From assembly GCA_004022145.1 (NCBI GenBank), contig RCNU01000006.1: a DNA stretch of 64,000 nt. One strand, written 5' to 3'. Positions within the stretch are counted from its first letter, which is position 1. Each line of letters starts with the position of its first letter. The notes below the pieces were generated by a model. It did no database searches and had not been told where the DNA came from. It was given only the letters and a program-made list of their open reading frames with translations. The DNA comes from Paecilomyces variotii. Taxonomy: Eukaryota. A program made the translations under genes and the position numbers. This document shows positions 40,433 through 54,100 of the stretch, piece by piece.

Positions 40433-40866
40433 CTACTGAGTCCGCACTTCGCCATCCTGCTCGACGTGGACGTGGTCGTTCGTCTGCAAGATTTTGACAT
40501 GGTCCTCCGGATACTCGACACTGATTGGGGAAGTAGGTGTCAGCTGGCCAACAAGGTATATCCCAGGGAATGGCACAAGCGGGGGGGATGGCTTACGTGA
40601 ACCCCTTGATCAGACTGTATTCGTGCTTGATGATTCCTCCATCTTGCACGGCCTGGTCCTTAGCCCTGTAGAGATGAATAATAGATCAGCTCAGTCCTCA
40701 GGCGGATGACGTGCGCGGGTATGGTTAATCGAGCACGCACTTCTGGAGTTCCTCGGGAGAGGAATCCTTCTTGAGTGTAACCTAGATTCATCCGTGTATG
40801 TCAGAGTTAGGTCCGTCGAGTATGGTCCGTTCCGGATTTCAGAGTACGAACGTTGAAGAGAGGCAT
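40433..40866 (-). CDS. Small protease inhibitor, family I9 (Pbi2/POIA-like), 70 aa
   Basis: Exons 40866-40852, 40781-40741, 40665-40597, 40520-40433 (213 nt) give MPLFNVTLKKDSSPEELQKAKDQAVQDGGIIKHEYSLIKGFTVEYPEDHVKILQTNDHVHVEQDGEVRTQ. All introns are canonical GT-AG. Confidence 0.88.
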
Positions 40867-42086
40867 CCTGGTTATTGGGGTGCTGTGTATTCCACGGGCC
40901 TGTGTTCCAGAGCGAGTAAGAGAACGGAACAGCGCGGGGAGTAGTGCCACTGGGCCGTTGATGCTTCCTAGACGTGTATGACGTGGAGCTTCTGATCGAA
41001 ACAGATGTAGATTGTGCTGATGAAAGCAATGATGGTGCAGTGGTCAAGAGGAATGCAACGGGAAGGGAAGAGGGGAATCGCAAGAGGGGCAGACAGTCCT
41101 TATATGGGGCGAGGCGGTGACTGGAAATGAGGGAGCCTTGTGAGATGATAACGGGGTGGGATGATACCAACTAATAGCCAACTAACAACTAACTTGCCCA
41201 TCCGGTAAAGACGCCTCTCTACTTAACTGGGAGGGTCCCCGGAAATCAGGGCCGGTCGACGTGATGCGATCTGATTGCTCAAACCGCGCTTCGAGAATAC
41301 ATATCCGCGCGATCTTGGTTTAGAGTCGAGCATGGTATTCGGTCCTAATCTACACGGTGGATCTCGACTGATACAGATCCGTCCCCAGGGTCTCCATGGT
41401 CTCCATCACTACGTCTACGATCTCTTAGCCGTCCTAAGTAGCCTTGTTCCTATGATAACGCAACATGGCCACAACGCCTCACTGCGACGGCGATGAAGCG
41501 TACCATATTGACCTGCACCGCCATCTGCCTACTGGCAGACAGTCTTGGGTGTGACGCAATCGAGCCTTCTTGTCGCGGATCGGGGCGATGACGCATCCGG
41601 CGCGGGGTTGTCACGTGTGATAAACATGCCATTTATTCGGCAAGAGACATGGAGAGTTTCATAGTACTACTAGAGACAGCGGACAGGTACTAGTCCCAGG
41701 AACTAACTCAAAAAAAAAAAAAGGAAGTAATGATTCCTTAGCAATATTTGGGTTTCAATCAGACGCGCAAACGGAAGACTAAGTATGTTCCTCCATCATG
41801 ATGACAAGTATGTACGATCGACAATAGTTACCATTAGCCCTACTATGGTCAAGGAATCTCTACTCTAGGTCTGTTATCAAATGAAAAACGTAACATAGAA
41901 ATCAGGACCAAGCTAGTAGTGGATACAGCATGAAGAATTGAAGGAGGAAGCTGGTTTTGTCCAAGCAAAAGAACGGTATTTACTTATAGCTGACTTCACA
42001 ATGGAACTTGAGTTTACTGTTAAGGCCAGCAGTGTTCGTAAAGTCTCCCGATTAGACGTATTACGATACACAGTATGGAGAGCTGG

Positions 42087-43106
42087 TCACACTCCGGAGA
42101 AGTTGCAACCCTCTGCATCTTTTCTCTCAGGCATTCTCATGCCATGCATACCGGTATACTTGGGACACTCCGGCTGTTTCCAGCCATTGAGGAGACTCGA
42201 ATCAGCCAATGTATACACCTCCACACCAAGTGGGCGTGTCGTGGCTGCCATGTCACCACCTGCTTTGTCTTCCCAGCCCCACGCTGAAAGATCGCCTGAA
42301 GACGAACAATGTCATTAGTCGAACGCGGAAGCATAAACGCTGTCTAGAAAAAAGAAAAGAAACTCCCTACCTCCAGGACAGGCAGACAGCGCACACAGCA
42401 CGTCAACCTCGGCGAAGAACTCAAAGTACTCGCCTGGCTTGGCTGGACATGTCTCCATAAAGTACTTTCCTTCCTCGTCCAGACCAGTCACCTGGAAGAC
42501 ATTCAGAACATCATGCACGTCCAATTCGGTCAGACCAAATGGTGTCACCGCTCGCGTCAGGTTGGAATGACAGTGGAAATCGAAGCTCTCTCCGCCCATG
42601 AGAAGGTTGACGTATGGATCGCACCGCGTTCCCATCAGATCATGCACGCGGCCTCCCCATTGGGATGTTCCAAATCCAACGCCCTTCTTCCGTTTCCCAT
42701 CCGCATCTAAGACCTCATGGAGTTGTCCTCCACCTAGAGAGTCCCCTGTGATTGTGACCAGAGGCCGCAGGTAGGGCAAATTAGACCACAGTCGGTCACC
42801 CACTGACACATGGGAAGCGTGGATCTGACGAGTTCGTGCTGCCCACAATCTCTCGCGTGGGTTATTTGCGTTCCAGATATTCAGGTCACCAACCTGTGGT
42901 CCACGAGGAGTCGTGATGCGGCAGATTTGTCCGGCACGAACAGTCCATGCTTGACCGGAGCAAGGACGAATAGTGAACGAAGTCTCAAGCACGCGGGCAG
43001 ATGATTCAGATGCCGTGGCAGAGACAGCTCTGTACACAGGAGAAGAAGCGTGGACCGTCGATTCGGGAGGAGCAGTATATGCTGGAGGTGGTCGCCGTGT
43101 TGACAT
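42087..43106 (-). CDS. DUF1989 / urea-carboxylase-associated family protein
   Basis: Exons 43106-42371 and 42295-42087. GPQVGDLNIW, LWSNLPYLRPL, HDLMGTRCDPY, HCHSNL, VHDVLNVFQ, ALSACPGGD. Confidence 0.85.
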
Positions 43107-43641
43107 GGTAGGGATGTTGCTATATACAATCCTCGTCTCGATTTTAGATTTGGCAACCTCAAGCAAATCGGGGGCTCTACAGAATATTTAACGTAGACAA
43201 TAAGCAGAACTCCTCTCGCACAGGCGATATCGGAGACAATCCGAGCTCGTTATCATCTTTGTCTATGAGCTGCCCCGCCTTCTCGACCCTCGCCAAGTTG
43301 ATAGTTATCTACCCGGCTCCGGTAAGAGAGCTGCCAGCCCGGGCAGTAGAGAGGTCTAAGCTAACACCGGGCCGGGTGCCTGTTCCCGGATTAACATTCC
43401 CTATCGGTACTAGCAGCAGATATTGATTCCGAGGTCCCGTGAGAAGCGGGTCACCGCCAAGAGCGCTAAACCACGATAAGATTTTCTTTCTCCTCCGCTC
43501 GGTCAGTAAGAAAATCCGAGCCGTTGCGGAAATAATAATTTTGGTCCAAGAGAGAGCCAACAGACGAGACAGGTAGCTTGCGTTGCTTCGAAGTCTGTTC
43601 TCTACGAAGCAGACCGAGGAGGTGAGCACCTCACATCCATC

Positions 43642-46600
43642 ATGGAGGACCAAACCAATAGGCCCCATCGGGCTCCCAAGGAAAAGAAGAAATATGAAGG
43701 TATGTGCGCTGCACGTGAAGATATTGAAGCCCGCAAAAGAGCTACTTGATCATCGCTGGATATAGCATACTGACGGGCGGGACCGTATAGGCCAGAATCC
43801 GAAGGCTTTCGCATTCTCAAACCCCGGAAAGGGAAAGAGACAGGCTCAGAGATCACACGAGGTGCGTCCCTCCGCCGGTTGATAATGCAGACATCGAATT
43901 CACGAGGCTGACCGGCGTTATCAATGAATTAGGTCAAGGAAAAGAGACTCCATGTCCCTCTTGTGGATCGCCTGCCGGAAGAGGCGCCCCCAATTATCGT
44001 TGCAGTTGTTGGACCCCCTGGGGTGAGTTTGATGCGCTGCGTTCTACGAAGAGACAAATGAGAGGGCAAAGCTGACTGAATGTCTTGAATGCAGGTTGGA
44101 AAAACGACATTGATCAAGTCGCTCATCCGACGTTACTCGAAACAGACACTGAGTTCACCACAGGGCCCCCTTACGGTGGTTACTTCGAAACGTCGACGAC
44201 TTACTTTCATGGAGTGTCCTTCGGACTCTTTGGCTAGCATGATCGATATCGCGAAAATTGCGGATATAGTGCTTCTTATGATTGATGGAAACTATGGATT
44301 CGAGATGGAGACTATGGAGTTTCTGAATGCGCTCGCCGCTAGTGGTATGCCGGGAAATGTCTTCGGTATCCTCACCCATCTCGACCTCTTCAAGAAGCAG
44401 AGCACTCTCCGCGCCGCTAAGAAACGTCTCAAGCACCGTTTCTGGAGTGAGCTCTACCAGGGTGCAAAACTCTTCTATCTTTCTGGTGTGATCAATGGAC
44501 GCTACCCCGATCGTGAGATCCACAATCTGTCACGTTTTCTTTCTGTGATGAAGAACCCGCGTCCGCTGGTGTGGCGGAATTCGCATCCGTATGCCCTTGC
44601 GGACCGCTTTCTCGACATTACACCGCCCACCCAGATCGAAGAGAATCCTAAATGCGACAGGACAGTGGCACTTTACGGTTATCTACGAGGGACAAACTTC
44701 CCAGCCTATGGGGCCCGCGTGCATGTTCCAGGTGTTGGAGATCTCACAGTAGCTGCTATAGAGGCCCTGCCTGATCCTTGCCCGACGCCATTTATGGACC
44801 AGCAAATCGCGAAGGCGACCGGGAAGGGGGCGCGCAAGAGACTTGGCGAGAAGCAGAAGCTGCTCTTTGCACCTATGTCCGATGTTGGTGGTGTTCTGGT
44901 TGACAAGGACGCCGTGTATATCGACGTGAAGTCATCGAACTTCAACAGAGATGACGATACCGACGATGAAGATAGAGGCTTGGGAGAACAGTTAGTCGTA
45001 GGGCTCCAAGGTGAAAGAAAGCTTCTCGGTGAAGCCGACGCTGGTGTCCGTCTCTTCCGCGGCGGAGAAGCCATCGAACACCCGGATGAAGACGACAACG
45101 GTGTGGGGCGGAAACACAAGCGAAAGGTGCGCTTCGCGGGAGACGATGAGAATGGTCAGGGAGCCTTTGAAGACGAAGATGAAGGCTTTGAAAGTGCAGA
45201 GGATGATGAGGATGAGGATGAAGACGACGAAGATGAAAACGATGCAGACATCGCTCCTCCGGCCGACTTCGCGTCGAGTTTTAAAGAAAAGCAGAATGGG
45301 ACCAATGGTCGCGAAGAAGACGACATTGCTTTCGCCGACAGTGACTCTGACCTAGGATCGATCTCGTCCGTCGAGGACCAGGAACTGGAGAGTGGACCAG
45401 AGGATGACGAAGATATAGATGAAGAAGACGAAGAGGATGTTGATGATGAAGATGAGGAGAGCGCTGTTCGCTGGAAGGAGAATATGCTCGCCAACGCCAA
45501 GGCTCTTCATGGAAAGCGACGACCATTCCGAGTCACGGACTTGACCCGTATGATGTACGATGAATCCATTACGCCTGCCGACGTAATTCGCAGATGGCGA
45601 GGTGATGATTCGGACGAGGCCGACGAGGAAGAAGAGGACGACGAAGATGCATTCTTTAAAAAGACCGACGCGGAAAAGAAGGATGAATTCGATTATCGCA
45701 TGATTCCCCAGTATGATTATGAGGAGCTTGAGAAGAAATGGTCCGATGGCGATATGATTGAAGAGTTAAGGGCTCGCTTCGCTACTGCAAAGCTTTCCAA
45801 GGGAGATGACGACGAGGACGGCTCTGATGAGGATGGCGTGTTTTCTGATGAAGAAGCGGATGATGGCTTCGAAGACTTGGAGGCCGAGGAGGAGGCCGGT
45901 GGAAAGGCTGATGACGAAGAGAGCAAGGAAGGCTCCGTTGACCTTGAAGCAGAGCGTGAGCGCAATGCCAAGAAGAAGGAAGAGCTCAAACTGCGCTTTG
46001 AGGAAGAAGATCGTGAAGGCTTCGCCAACGCGAGGGACGGATCTCGTCAAGCAGGGGAAGCCCGGGATGAAGAGCAATTCGGTGAGGATGACTGGTACGA
46101 TGCGCAAAAGGCCCTTCTCCAGAAACAGCTCGATATCAATCGTGCCGAATTTGATTCTCTTGACCCCATGTCGAGAGCTAGAGCAGAGGGCTTCAAAGCG
46201 GGTACCTACGCTAGAATCGTGCTGGAGAATGTGCCATATGAATTCGCTGCCAAGTTCAACCCTCGCTTCCCCGTCATCGTGGGCGGTCTCTCGCCTACGG
46301 AGGACCGATTCGGTTACGTACAGGTCCGCATCAAGAGGCACAGATGGCACAAGAAGATCTTGAAGACCAACGATCCTTTGATCTTCTCTCTGGGCTGGCG
46401 TCGCTTCCAGACTCTCCCCATCTACAGCATCTCTGACTCGCGAACGCGAAACCGCATGCTGAAGTACACCCCTGAGCACATGCACTGTTTCGGTACCTTC
46501 TATGGGCCATTGGTGGCACCCAACACAGGTTTCTGTTGTGTGCAATCGTTCTCCAACAAGAACCCAGGTTTCCGAATTTCCGCCACCGGTGTGGTTCTCA

Positions 46601-47394
46601 ACGTGGACGAGACCACAGAGATCGTGAAGAAGCTCAAGCTCACTGGTCACCCGTACAAGATCTTCCGCAACACTGCCTTCATCAAGGATATGTTCAATTC
46701 CTCCCTGGAGATTGCCAAGTTCGAAGGAGCTGGCATCCGAACCGTGTCCGGCATCCGTGGTCAGATCAAGCGAGCTCTTAGCAAGCCAGAAGGTCATTTC
46801 CGTGCTACTTTTGAGGACAAGATCCTGATGAGTGACATTGTCTTCCTTCGTGCCTGGTATCCTATCAAGCCGCACCGTTTCTACAACCCTGTTACCAACC
46901 TTCTGGATCTCGACGAAAACGGAGAGGGCTGGCAGGGCATGCGTCTCACTGGCGAAGTCCGCCGCGAGAAGGGAATCCCTACGCCGCTCAAGAACGACTC
47001 GAAATACCGTCCCGTTGAGCGTCCCACCCGCCACTTCAACCCACTTCGTGTGCCGCGCCAACTGGCGGCCGAGCTTCCCTTCAAGTCGCAGATCACCCAG
47101 ATGCGGCCCCGCAAGGAGCAGACATACATGCAGAAGCGCGCGGTTGTTCTTGGTGGAGAGGAAAAGAAGGCCCGTGATCTCATGCAGAAGCTGACCACGC
47201 TACGCAACGAGAAAGCCGCCAAGCGGGCGGCTGCCCAGGAGGAGCGGAGAAAGGTTTACCGTGCCAAGGTGGCGGAGAACGCTGAGAAGAAGGCAGAACG
47301 AGAGAAGCGCGAGCGAGACGAGTACTGGCAGCGCGAAGGGAAAAAGAGAAAGAACACGGACTCCGAGGGCGGAGGCGGAAAGAAGAGGAGGTGA
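43642..47394 (+). CDS. BMS1: 40S ribosome biogenesis GTPase Bms1
   Basis: Exons 43642-43699, 43791-43861, 43933-44022, 44095-47394. P-loop GPPGVGKT, acidic linker, [24 protein letters not shown]. Confidence 0.97.
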
Positions 47395-47599
47395 ACAAAA
47401 TATTGCTTCTCCTTTACGTACAATTGGTGTACATATACTGCATTATGACGGCGTTTGTTCCCTGAAGTATAGATTTGCAATATACCATGGAAAAGTTTTT
47501 TTGGTTTTATTTATCTATTTCTTTATCTCTCCTTGATGATTGCCATGTAATCATTGTAATTGATAGTTAGTCATTCCGGATCTATAAAATGACTGCCTG

Positions 47600-47646
47600 A
47601 GGACGCGCGCCGCGAATTCACCACGTGACCGCGCCTCGGACGCGTC
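47600..47646. promoter_or_regulatory. Cluster of MCB/SCB-like CGCG elements
   Basis: ACGCGC (47603), CGCGAA (47611), CCGCGC (47629) and a perfect ACGCGT (47640-47645), upstream of the Whi5/Nrm1-like gene. Confidence 0.55.
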
Positions 47647-48171
47647 GTCCCGGCTGCAAGCGAAGGCGAGCGAGATGGGAGTTCATCATCCTCACATTCT
47701 CGACAATCAGCCAGTACATGAACCTATTTCCGATTGCTAATCCGATGCAGGACATCTACTTCGTCTTCACACTAATATATTTGTAGCCTCCTGTTCTTTC
47801 GACAGTCTGTGTCGTGCGTGGCCCTCCAAGGACGCCTAGCCAATATCGAAACTCCACCGGCTGCTGGACCACGCCGGTTCGTCCGCTCTTCAGTCTGTGG
47901 AGACTCATCTACTCTACTTACGGAGTAGACTTGACGGCTGTCAGAGCTTGGCCCGGTTGACCGTTGACGAGACCGTCTCCTGTCGCACGGGGCAGACGTT
48001 CGAAATCAGGAAGATCAGAGCAGGCATAAGGGCTGCTCGATAATCAGGAACCTTGCGCGCTCTGGGATCTTCATCGCGCCCGCGTTTCTTCTCGGGTCGA
48101 GCTCTTATTAACTTACCCGACGCTCCCTTTGCGGTGATGCCCTTCTTCCGACAGATCCTGGCCTTCTCTCA

Positions 48172-50063
48172 ATGAACGACCGCATCGGTCTCTCCAGCCT
48201 GGGCGATCGAACTATGCAGCATATTGGGCCTGTCCAGCAGGCCGTGTACACGCAGCTGCCAGTTGCGCAATCGCCTGCTGGGTCATCCGCGTCCGCTCTG
48301 CACAGGCCCTCGTGCGGGAACGGGCCCCAACCGCGTCCTAACGCCCCATCATCCGCGCAGATTGACAGTTCACGCGACGTTTTGATGGTCGACAGCAGTG
48401 ACAGCGCGACGGAGAAGGGTCGCTTCGAGGACCAGAGAGATCTGGTCGGCCGGACTATGGATGTCCGAGCGTTGTCGCCCAAGCGCGGGCCGATAACACA
48501 GTCAAGCGCGATCGCGGGCGGACTTCAGCAGTCGTCAAGCGATCTTTCTCAGACCACGAGCGAGATGGCTGATGCGAATCTTACGCCTTTGACTTCAGTT
48601 TCTTCCAGTGGCTTTTCTACTCAGTCTGAGTCCCAGTCATCTTCGCAAGCGGCAACCGACAGAGCCAGAGTCCTGAAGACGGAGAACGCGGAGATGACAT
48701 TGGCGTATGAAACACCAAGCAATGGCACGTTTTTGAAGCCGCATCCTCTGAGTCCTACGAGATCGACACTGGCATCCCGTCCTGAGCCAGTTCATGGTCA
48801 GAAGAGAAATGCAGCCGGCGAGGTGAAGCTTCCATCAGACGGAAAGATGCAGCGGACCCCGGATATCGGTCGATTCTTGAGAGGTCATAGTAGAACGATG
48901 AGTGCGGGTTCCAATGGGAGTATGATAGCGGAGGTAAAAGTCTCTGGATAGAGATACAGGAGTTTCGGGCTAATTGATTCTGTTTCCAGCTATCTGCACA
49001 GCTTCGTGCTCGTCTCTCATACGCCGCTGCGAAGGTGGAAAAAGGCTGGCAGTTGCGAGATGGTGACATCCAGCGTTCGCGTCTGAGCGGTTCCCCTTCG
49101 TTAACTCCCACCTTGAATGGATCAAGAGAGCGTGTCCCTTCTGACAGCGGGAAACTCTTACGTCGTGGCTCTTCGGACGGCACAATAACGTCTCCGCGTC
49201 TTTCAACTGGGACTTATCTCTCGCGGCTGCCGAACGGTGCTGCAGATATATCTCGGCCTTCCACCGCAGATATTGGATCGTCGTCATATCCAAGATCGCC
49301 GCCCAGCATTCGACCTCAAACCTCCCCCGTGAAACTGCAACAACCCCCTAAACTTGCGCCGCCTGTAGACATTGTATCCGGCAGTGGAAATAACGCTCGT
49401 CGGCGTCCGAACCCGAACTCAACCTCTATTACTTCGAACTACAACCCATATCCTCGTCACCGCCGCCATCATTCAGAGCAGCAGTTCAGGATATCTAACT
49501 CATCTTATCCCACGAACGATGTTCGAGTTCCGGGAACACCTCCTCTTCGGCCATCTCAATTCGCATCTCGTCTTCAAGTTTCTACTCCTTCGACTTCAAG
49601 CAGTATGTTCCCAAAACAAAGGACGCCATCCCAAAATGCCTTGATGGAACAAGATGCCATTGAGACACTTCTGTTCATGTCCAGTCCTGAAAACTCTGGA
49701 TATCACAAGAATTCACAACAACGGCAGACGCATCTCAGCACCAGTATCGAAGCACAAATGGAATCTGGCCTGGATCCCAGCACCCAGGCATCTCAACCTT
49801 CAGATGTTAGTGGAAACCACAGGACACGGAAAGTCATGTTCAGGGAGGGAAGCGTGAGCGGTATCTCTGGGCGATCAAATTCAGCCGTAGGCCTCGAAGC
49901 GCAAGCGGGAGATGAGATCGATCGGTTATTGGACCAGATGGACGACAGCGATAGTGAGAGTGAAAGACCATCTTCCCAATTCAACCATGGGGTGAGAGAG
50001 ACTCCTGCTGATGGCTCTGCGAGGCGAGACCCACCTGAGTACTGGAGGCAGCGTTCATCCTGA
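48172..50063 (+). CDS. Whi5/Nrm1-like G1/S transcription repressor
   Basis: Exons 48172-48933 and 48990-50063. Splicing restores the GTB-like motif ELSAQLRARLSYAAAKVEKGWQ. Many S/T-P sites, EQDAIETLLFMSSP. Confidence 0.75.
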
Positions 50064-51150
50064 TCCTTCAGAGGCGAATTTCTGCAGATCGGGATCTCAA
50101 ATGAGAAAACTTGTCACGAATTCACGAAAGCATTATCATTTTGATCTTGACCTATTACTTGTTTTGGGCCACCACATGTTGCATTTATTTCAGCCACAAC
50201 CAATTCTTGGCGTTTCTCTGGAATTACCTGGACTGTCAGGCGTCCCGCGGGGTTTTATTTCAGCTATGATGGCACTGTATCGCACGATGCATATGAACAG
50301 ACGGCGGTTCCGGATTTTGCATGTATAGTACAGTATGAAGCGATGCCCAGCGATCACTGGCCGCCATGTTCTGAAATACAAAATCATGTCACATCTTCCA
50401 GGCTTTTTTTTGGCGGATTTTATTGCATTACGGGCCATCACGCTAGCAAGGAGCAACCAGGACAGCATAACAGCATAATGGTGACAGCGGTAAACATACC
50501 CTGGAAATGAGATATACGCGATACAACTTCAACCTCGCAGTAGGAGACCCAGATGGAGAAAGGCCGTGTCGAAAGAATTAAGTTTTGTTTTGTTTTCATC
50601 AACTTGCACGCTTCCAGGTTTATTCGTGGACAGTGGGTCTGACATGCGTCAAAGGGCTGACGATCGTTTACGACGGACGATTTCGGCCGTTTCTGTCCAG
50701 ATTGTTGATCGGAATACCGACTGATATCTCCTTTCTCCTAGATTCGACCCGCACGGTTGATGTTGACTAGACTCAGTGCATTAATTATCATCGGAGGATC
50801 GGTCGGTGAATCGCCGACTGCCCGGCGCTACAGACGAGAGCACATCATCTCATTGGCCGATCTGGGTTTGCGATGGCCGAATCGGGACATGGATCCACGT
50901 TTCCGGTATACGAAGAAATAATGTTTGGATCTACATCCAGGAGATCGGGAGGTGTCTGGGCCGATGAAATTATGAAAATAGGCCCCATCCTTGAACATAT
51001 AATCACTGACTGAATCGCAGATTTGTGGCTGATGGTATAGGCCTGCATGTTCTGTGACTCCCGTTTTGACGCAGACGCCTACATCTCGTCTCTCGTTTAT
51101 CCCTCCCATGCCGTGATTGTCTCAGTTCTGTTCTCTACCCGGAGGCAATT

Positions 51151-54100
51151 ATGAGCGAGAAAGACATGAACCTGAGTTCATCGGACTCTGATGGCTCGAC
51201 AGCTGTACCCTGGCAACAAGAGATGGATGCCATCGGCCAGGTTGCATCGAGAATCCATGATCGAATGGGTTCTGTCTCGGTAGCTGGAGATGGATCTGCA
51301 GATCCACGATTGGATCCTACCAACCCCGAATTCGATCATTATCTATGGGCGCACACAGCATTGAAGTCTCTCCATGAAGCTGGAATCAAATCGATGGGCC
51401 AAGGTGTTGCCTTTTCGAATCTCTGTGTCTCCGGCTCCGGCGCCATCCTGCAATTTCAGGACACCGTGGTTTCAGCTTTGACGAAGCCTTTGTATTTATT
51501 AACTCGTGTCCTCAGTGGGAAAAGGTCTCATACTCGACGTCGCATCCTCCATGGATTCGATGGGTTGCTCGAAAGCGGAGAGCTCCTCCTTGTTCTGGGT
51601 CGTCCCGGCAGCGGATGTTCAACATTGCTCAGAACCATCTGCGGCCACGTCGAGAACCTCGTCCTTGAGCCAGAAAGTTCCATCCAGTACCAAGGAATCG
51701 ATTACAAGACCATGATCAAGCATCATCGCGGGAATATCGCCTATAATCAGGAGGTAGACAAGCACTTTCCGCATCTTACTGTGGGGGAGACGCTGTCGTT
51801 CGCCGCCCATGCTCGCACTCCGCAGACGAGAGTCCAAAATATGAGTCGTGAGAGCTACGTCGATACTATAGTTCAGGTTACCATGGCTGCTTTCGGACTT
51901 TCTCATACCTATAATACCAAAGTGGGCGATGACTTCGTGAGGGGCGTGAGTGGTGGAGAACGCAAGCGCGTCAGCATTGCAGAGATGTTTCTCTCGCGAT
52001 CTCGTATCGCAGCATGGGACAATAGTACTCGTGGTCTTGATGCGGCATCTGCATTGCGCTTTGTCAAGGCCTTGAGGCTCTCTGCAGACTTGGGTCGATC
52101 ATGTCACGCCGTTGCCGCCTATCAAGCTTCCCAGGCAATGTATGACTTGTTTGACAAAGTAGTGGTCTTGTACGAGGGCCGAGAGATTTATTTCGGTCCC
52201 GCTGACCGTGCAGTCGACTATTTTGAAGAGATGGGCTGGGAAAAGCCTCTGCGACAGGTGAGCGGTGACTTTCTCACAGCCATCACCAATCCACGGGAAC
52301 GACGCGCTCGTCAGGGGATGGAGGAAAAAGTACCGAGGACTCCTACTGAGTTCGCTGAATATTGGGAACGGAGTACTGAGCGTCAGCAATTGCTGAAGGA
52401 AGTCAACGAGTGGAAGGCCGCCCATCCCCCGAACAATGAAGAGATGCACGAGTTCCAAGCCGTGCATGAGTCTCAACAATCCAGGCATACGAGGTCTGCT
52501 AGTCCATATCTCATTTCGGTGCCCATGCAGATACGACTTTGTATGAAAAGGGCCTACCAGCGACTACGGAATGACCTACCGACCACCCTGTCAACAGTGA
52601 TAGTTCAGTTTGTCCTCTCTCTAATCATCGGTTCCATCTTTTACAATTCCCCGAATTCGAGTTCCGCATTCTTTCAGAAAGGCGCGGTTATATTCTTCGC
52701 TGTGCTTATGAACGCGTTGATAACGATCAATGAAATCCTGGTCCTTTACAGCCAACGACCCATCGTCGAGAAGCAAGCCGCCTATGCCTTCGTGCACCCT
52801 TTCACGGAAGCTCTTGCGAGCATCATTGTTGATCTACCGGTGAAGGTCTTCCGTTGCTCCATATTCACCGTGGTTCTATACTTTATGGCAAATCTCCGTC
52901 GCGAACCCTCGCAGTTTTTCATATTCTATCTCTTCTTGATCACTGCCATCATTACCATGTCGGGCATCTTCCGCAGTTTGGGCGCCATAACAAAGGCTAT
53001 CGGACAAGCAATGACACTAGCCGGGATACTTGTCATCTGTATCGTTGTGTATACAGGGTTTACACTCCCACAGACCTACATGCATCCGTGGTTCTCGTGG
53101 ATTAGGTGGATCAATCCCATCTTCTATACGTTTGAAGCTTTGGTGAGCAATGAGTTTCATGGGCGACAGTTCGAATGCGGGGCTTTCGTCCCTTCATATG
53201 GGACAGGCAATTCATTCATCTGCTCGTCGGTCGGCGCGGTCGTCGGAGAACGATTTGTGTCTGGTGACAGCTTCATCGAGCATAATTACGGATATTCATA
53301 TTCCCATGTCTGGCGAAACTACGGAATCCTCATTGGATTTCTCATCTTTTTCAATTCGTTTTACCTTCTGGTGACCGAGTATAATACTGGCTCCGGATCT
53401 AAGGGAGAAACATTAGTATTTCGTCCTGGACATGCACCCCGACAGCTTGAAAGCCAGGACGTTGAGAATCCTGGGAGGATCAATGCGCCCGAGCCAGACC
53501 AAACTGCAAGCCATGACGGTATTCATCTTTCTGAACAGAAGGATATCTTTTCATGGCGTGGTGTCAAGTATGAAATACCTACGAAAGATGGCACGCGGAG
53601 GCTACTAGATGAAGTAGACGGTTGGGTGAAGCCTGGAACCTTGACCGCATTGATGGGCGTCTCTGGGGCCGGAAAGACTACACTGCTCGACGTCCTTGCG
53701 CAGAGAGTTTCGTTTGGTGTGATCACAGGCAAGATGCTTGTGAATGGAAGAGAACTGAGTGCTAATTTCCCACGAAGAACTGGGTACGTCCAACAGCAAG
53801 ACCTGCACCTGGAAACGGCAACAGTACGTGAAGCACTCCGGTTTAGCGCAGTGCTTCGTCAGCCCAAGTCGGTCTCCACCAAGGATAAATATCAATATGT
53901 TGAGCAAGTCATTGACATGCTGGGGATGGCTGATTTCGCTGAAGCTGTTGTGGGCATTGTTGGCGAGGGTCTCAACGTGGAGCAAAGGAAGCTCTTGAGC
54001 ATAGGAGTGGAGCTTGCAGCAAAGCCCAGTCTACTCATCTTCCTGGATGAGCCTACCAGTGGTCTTGATTCACAGAGCTCATGGACTATTTGTGCACTTC

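Noticed and set aside
41493..41591. 32-aa ORF MKRTILTCTAICLLADSLG... resembling a signal peptide
   Set aside because: Too short, no splice continuation or other support; likely chance.
45766..47061. 431-aa antisense ORF over BMS1, plus similar shadows over dynactin and CSF1
   Set aside because: Codon-bias shadows with no recognisable domain or independent gene signals.
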